A DNA stretch of 64,000 bases from Phycisphaerae bacterium (GTDB lineage Bacteria; Planctomycetota; Phycisphaerae; UBA1845; Fen-1342), in contig CAXXWX010000026.1 of the NCBI GenBank assembly GCA_963675745.2, forward strand, positions 672,001-736,000. Reading direction: 5' to 3'. Of the stretch, positions 60,584-64,000 are shown in pieces. Each line of letters starts with the position of its first letter. Within the stretch, counting starts at the first letter, position 1. The notes under the pieces were generated by a model. It was not told the origin of the DNA and did not search any database. It saw only the letters and a program-made list of their open reading frames with translations. Made by a program: the position numbers and the translations under genes.

Positions 60584-60640
60584 GTGTCACGGCTCTGTGA
60601 GCTGAACTGGGGCACAGCACGGCTCACAGAGCCCGGGCAC
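60584..60640. repeat. REP-like doublet related to the one inside the 30.4-kb element
   Basis: GTGTCACGGCTCTGTGAGC ... CACGGCTCACAGAGCCCGGGCAC. Confidence 0.65.
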
Positions 60641-60674
60641 GCGGAAGTCTGCGCGAAATTGCCGAGAGTGGGTA

Positions 60675-61775
60675 CTAGTAGCTGAACTCAGACAGCTTTG
60701 TCTTGCCGCGAAACACCCAGTAGATGATCGACGTGTAGGCCAGCACGAACGGCATGCCGAGCAGCGCGATGATCGCCATTATGAAAAGCGTCTTCTGTGA
60801 CGAAGCCGCGTTGTAGATGTCCAGGTTGTTTGCCGGGTCCAGGCTCGACACGAGCAGGTTTGGAAACAACGCCACGCCAAACAAAAAGACAAACGCCGCG
60901 ATTGAACAGCACGATGAAACGAACGCATAGCCGGCCCGGCCCTGGTGGATCGCCCGCGGTATATTGGCGATCGCCAGGACATTGAGCACCACCACAATCG
61001 CGGTCCACGGATAGGCCCGGAAATTGGCCGTCGCCGCCGGTATGCTCCACACCGCGATGGCGGTCGTGATCACGTACAAAGCGAGAAACGCGAAAAAGCT
61101 CGTCCACATCCAGCCGTGAATGCGCTGCTGCAACTCACCCTCGGTCTTGAGGTAGAGATAGATCGTACCGTGCATGGCGAACATCGAGACCGTGAACAGG
61201 CCCGTGACAACCGGGAACACCCCGATCAGGTTGAGCAGCGTGCCGGCGTGTTCACCATCAGCACCAATCCGGATGCCGCTCATCGTGCTGCCCACGGCCA
61301 CGCCAAACAGCAGAGTCGCCAGCGTGCTCGATCCGAAGAACGCGCCGTCAAACAGGCGCCGCCAGCCCGGCGAGGTGGACTTGCTGCGAAACTCCATCGA
61401 TACGGCGCGAAAAACCAGTGCAAACAGCAGCAGCATGAACGGCAGATAAAAGGCCGAGAATGATGTCGCGTAGGCGTGCGGAAACGCGGCGAACAGCGCG
61501 CCGCCGAAGGTCACCAGCCAGACTTCATTGCCGTCCCACACGGGCCCGATCGAGTTCATGAACAGGCGCCGCTCCTCGTCGGTCTTGGCGCCCAGGTGCA
61601 TGATGCCAACACCCAGATCAAACCCGTCGAGGATCGCGTACCCCGCCAGCAGCACGCCAAGCAGGACAAACCACAACAGGTTCAACGCGCCGCCCGCGGC
61701 GGATGGCGCCGCGTCGGCCGCCAGCACGAGTCCGCCGACAAGGGAATCATCCATCATTGTCATCGCACATTCCAT
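60675..61775 (-). CDS. cydB: Cytochrome bd ubiquinol oxidase subunit II
   Basis: YAILDGFDLGVG, IGPVWDGNEVWL, RAVSMEFR, AASSQKTL; start uncertain. Confidence 0.96.
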   Translation of the reverse strand: MECAMTMMDDSLVGGLVLAADAAPSAAGGALNLLWFVLLGVLLAGYAILDGFDLGVGIMHLGAKTDEERRLFMNSIGPVWDGNEVWLVTFGGALFAAFPHAYATSFSAFYLPFMLLLFALVFRAVSMEFRSKSTSPGWRRLFDGAFFGSSTLATLLFGVAVGSTMSGIRIGADGEHAGTLLNLIGVFPVVTGLFTVSMFAMHGTIYLYLKTEGELQQRIHGWMWTSFFAFLALYVITTAIAVWSIPAATANFRAYPWTAIVVVLNVLAIANIPRAIHQGRAGYAFVSSCCSIAAFVFLFGVALFPNLLVSSLDPANNLDIYNAASSQKTLFIMAIIALLGMPFVLAYTSIIYWVFRGKTKLSEFSY

Positions 61776-61803
61776 CGCTGAAAGTCAGGTGGCCGCTCCA
61801 CTT

Positions 61804-61856
61804 GTGGGACCGGCTTCCAGCCGGTCAAGACGGCCGACGAAGACGTCGGCCCCTAC
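61804..61856. repeat. GTGG/GTAG-type REP-like doublet between cydA and cydB
   Basis: GTGGGACCGGCTTCCAGCCGGTC..GGCCGACGAAGACGTCGGCCCCTAC, overlapping the cydA stop. Confidence 0.65.
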
Positions 61857-63244
61857 GTGGCAGTCGCGTCGGCCGTTTCGCCTTCGATCGGCTCCGGGCC
61901 GGTGCGGATCTTCCGGTCAAGAATGAACAACCAGGCCGCCAGCAGCAACGCGTAAATGATGCCGAACAACACAATCGATACGAGTATTTCCGCGCCGCTC
62001 ACCGCCGGGGATGCCGCCTCGTGCGTCCGCAGCAGGCCATACACAATCCACGGCTGGCGCCCGACCTCGGCGGCGATCCAGCCAAGCTGAATCGCCACCA
62101 GCGGAACGAAGACGGCGGCGACCAGGATTCGCAATAGCCACCTCTGCCGCGCAAGCACGCCGCGCCAGTGACTGATGGTGGCCACCAGGCTCAGCACGAT
62201 CATCAACATGCCGAGCGCGACCATCAGGTGGTAGCTCTGAAACGTCAACTGGATGGGTGGCCGATCTTCGAGCGGCAGCGGCTGCCCGTCGGGGCCAAGC
62301 TGGTCAAAGCCGCGCACCGTGGCATCCCAGCGGCCATACATAAGGAATCCCAGACCGCCGGGTATCGCCAGACCCGCCGTTCGTTCTGCGGCAGCGTCGG
62401 GCATGCCCAATATGTAGAGCGGGGCCCGGTCGCTGGTCTCAAAGAGCCCCTCCAGGGCGGCCAGCTTTGCCGGCTGGTGTTCACCAACCATGACCGCATT
62501 GGAGTGCCCCGACACCAGCGTGAGAATCGAGAAAACCAACGCAAACGGCAGCGCGATGCCGATCGACTTGCGCGCGAACTCCTCGTGGCGGCTTTTCAGC
62601 AGATAGTACGCCGACACGCTCAATACAAGGAAGCTGCCGGCGACGACGGACGCGATGAGCACGTGCGACAGGCGATCGAGCGTGGAGGGGTTCAGGACCG
62701 CGTCCACGAAACTGACCAGTTCCGCCCGCGTGCGAACCACGCCGTCGGCCATCGTGTATTCAACCAGCCGGTGCCCGGCCGGCGTCTGTTGCCACGAGTT
62801 CGCCACGATGATCCAGATCGCGGAAAATATCGAGCCCACCGAAACCATGATCGTCGAGAAAAAGTGCATCTTCGGCGACACCCGGTCCCAGCCGAACACA
62901 ACCACCGCCAGAAAACCCGATTCCAGGAAGAACGCAAAGACGCCTTCGGCGGCCAGGGCGGCGCCGAAGATATCACCGACATAGCGTGAGTACGTCGACC
63001 AGTTGGTGCCGAACTGGAACTCCATCACGATGCCGCTGGCCACGCCTATCGCGAAGATCAGCCCGAAGATCTTCGTCCAGAAGCGGGCCATCGACTTGTA
63101 CACCGGCGACTTGGTCATCATGTAACGCCCTTCCATGATGACCATCAACAGCCCGAGCCCGATGCTCAACGGCGGAAAGAGGAAGTGGAAGCCCACCGTG
63201 AGGGCAAACTGCACTCGGGACAACATAATGGGGTCGAGTTGCAT
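61853..63244 (-). CDS. cydA: Cytochrome bd ubiquinol oxidase subunit I
   Basis: RVQFALT.GFHFLFP, MEFQFGTNW, QPAKLAALEG, EVGRQPWIVYG. Confidence 0.97.
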   Translation of the reverse strand: MQLDPIMLSRVQFALTVGFHFLFPPLSIGLGLLMVIMEGRYMMTKSPVYKSMARFWTKIFGLIFAIGVASGIVMEFQFGTNWSTYSRYVGDIFGAALAAEGVFAFFLESGFLAVVVFGWDRVSPKMHFFSTIMVSVGSIFSAIWIIVANSWQQTPAGHRLVEYTMADGVVRTRAELVSFVDAVLNPSTLDRLSHVLIASVVAGSFLVLSVSAYYLLKSRHEEFARKSIGIALPFALVFSILTLVSGHSNAVMVGEHQPAKLAALEGLFETSDRAPLYILGMPDAAAERTAGLAIPGGLGFLMYGRWDATVRGFDQLGPDGQPLPLEDRPPIQLTFQSYHLMVALGMLMIVLSLVATISHWRGVLARQRWLLRILVAAVFVPLVAIQLGWIAAEVGRQPWIVYGLLRTHEAASPAVSGAEILVSIVLFGIIYALLLAAWLFILDRKIRTGPEPIEGETADATAT

Positions 63245-63531
63245 CGCTGAACTGCTCCCAAGGCTTACAGTGACGTTCGAACGAACGACGAGCACCCGCC
63301 CGCATTAGAATGTGGATGTTTGTCCCCTGCAATCCCCCCTCACCGTTCTTACACCGCTCCCCGGAAGAGCCAACTCAAACGTCGTTCGCAGCCACAAGCA
63401 ATGTACCGGCCTGCGCCCCGCAGGCCGTCGGGCGTGAAATGCGCTGTGTGCGCACCACCAACCGGCGAAGCGCGGACCACTACCGATACACTTGCGCCGG
63501 ATGACGAGATGTGCGTACGAAGTGGGATCGC

Positions 63532-64000
63532 TTACGGGTCTGTGGCGGCGATGTTCGCCGCTTGGACTGCGGAATCGCAAATCTCAAGCGCGTCATGCCG
63601 ATGGATCTCGGCGAGTTGGTCGGCTTCCTGCTGGACATGCGCCAGCAAGCGCAAGACGGTGCCGGCCTGAGACCGGAGCGACGTCTCTTCGTCGTCGCCA
63701 CCTATCGCAGCCACGTGCAGATCGGCAACTTCACAGGCCAGGAAACGCGCCAGCTTACGGTTGATGCGACGCAGCGTGTTGCGGATACGAGGCTTGTCAG
63801 TCTCCGCCAATCCCACCCAGAGCATGTTCGAGACCGTAAACTCGTCGCCGCAATGCGCGGCAAATGCCAGCAAGCGCTCGGCGGCATCGGCCGACGCCTC
63901 GGGATGAAGCAGCATTTTCCAGGTGCGTTCGGCGACATCGTACGCATACTCGATCGCCGCTATGAATAGCGCCGTCTTGGTGGGCCATAGCTCACGCAGT
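63532..64000 (-). CDS. Probable TetR-like regulator (5' end outside the window)
   Basis: Frame is open to the window end: LRELWPTKTALFIAAIEYAY resembles the end of a TetR HTH, followed by a helical domain. Confidence 0.5.
   Translation of the reverse strand, partial: LRELWPTKTALFIAAIEYAYDVAERTWKMLLHPEASADAAERLLAFAAHCGDEFTVSNMLWVGLAETDKPRIRNTLRRINRKLARFLACEVADLHVAAIGGDDEETSLRSQAGTVLRLLAHVQQEADQLAEIHRHDALEICDSAVQAANIAATDP

Overview
GC-rich chromosomal window, most likely from a planctomycete (class Phycisphaerae, inferred from the dockerin-like GDxNCDG tail, the FTLIELL pilin-type protein, CxxCGY[DN]L..CPECG membrane proteins and mreB). Bases 1-13.8 kb hold the S10-spc-alpha ribosomal protein cluster on the minus strand. 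Then come mreC-mreB, phoH-7TM/HD-ybeY, and a complete ISAs1 element (18-bp TIRs, 10-bp TSD). A repeat-dense island at 24.6-27.8 kb contains a four-helix-bundle gene, four tandem-repeat arrays of different period and two Zn-ribbon membrane proteins. The rest is housekeeping and accessory genes (UbiD-family decarboxylase, ald, uvrA, debranching enzyme, sppA, trpG, bcp, pyrF, ubiA-family, cydAB) with interspersed REP doublets and MITEs. The most notable items are a histone-H1-like Lys/Ala tail fused to a BCP peroxiredoxin, the four-helix-bundle/short-tandem-repeat cassette, a uS5 with a eukaryote-like GGP/RG N-terminus, a ~146-bp MITE sitting on stop codons, and a candidate ~160-nt structured RNA. 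A cluster of frameshifts at 53.3-58.4 kb is probably sequencing error. No rRNA, tRNA or CRISPR array was seen.
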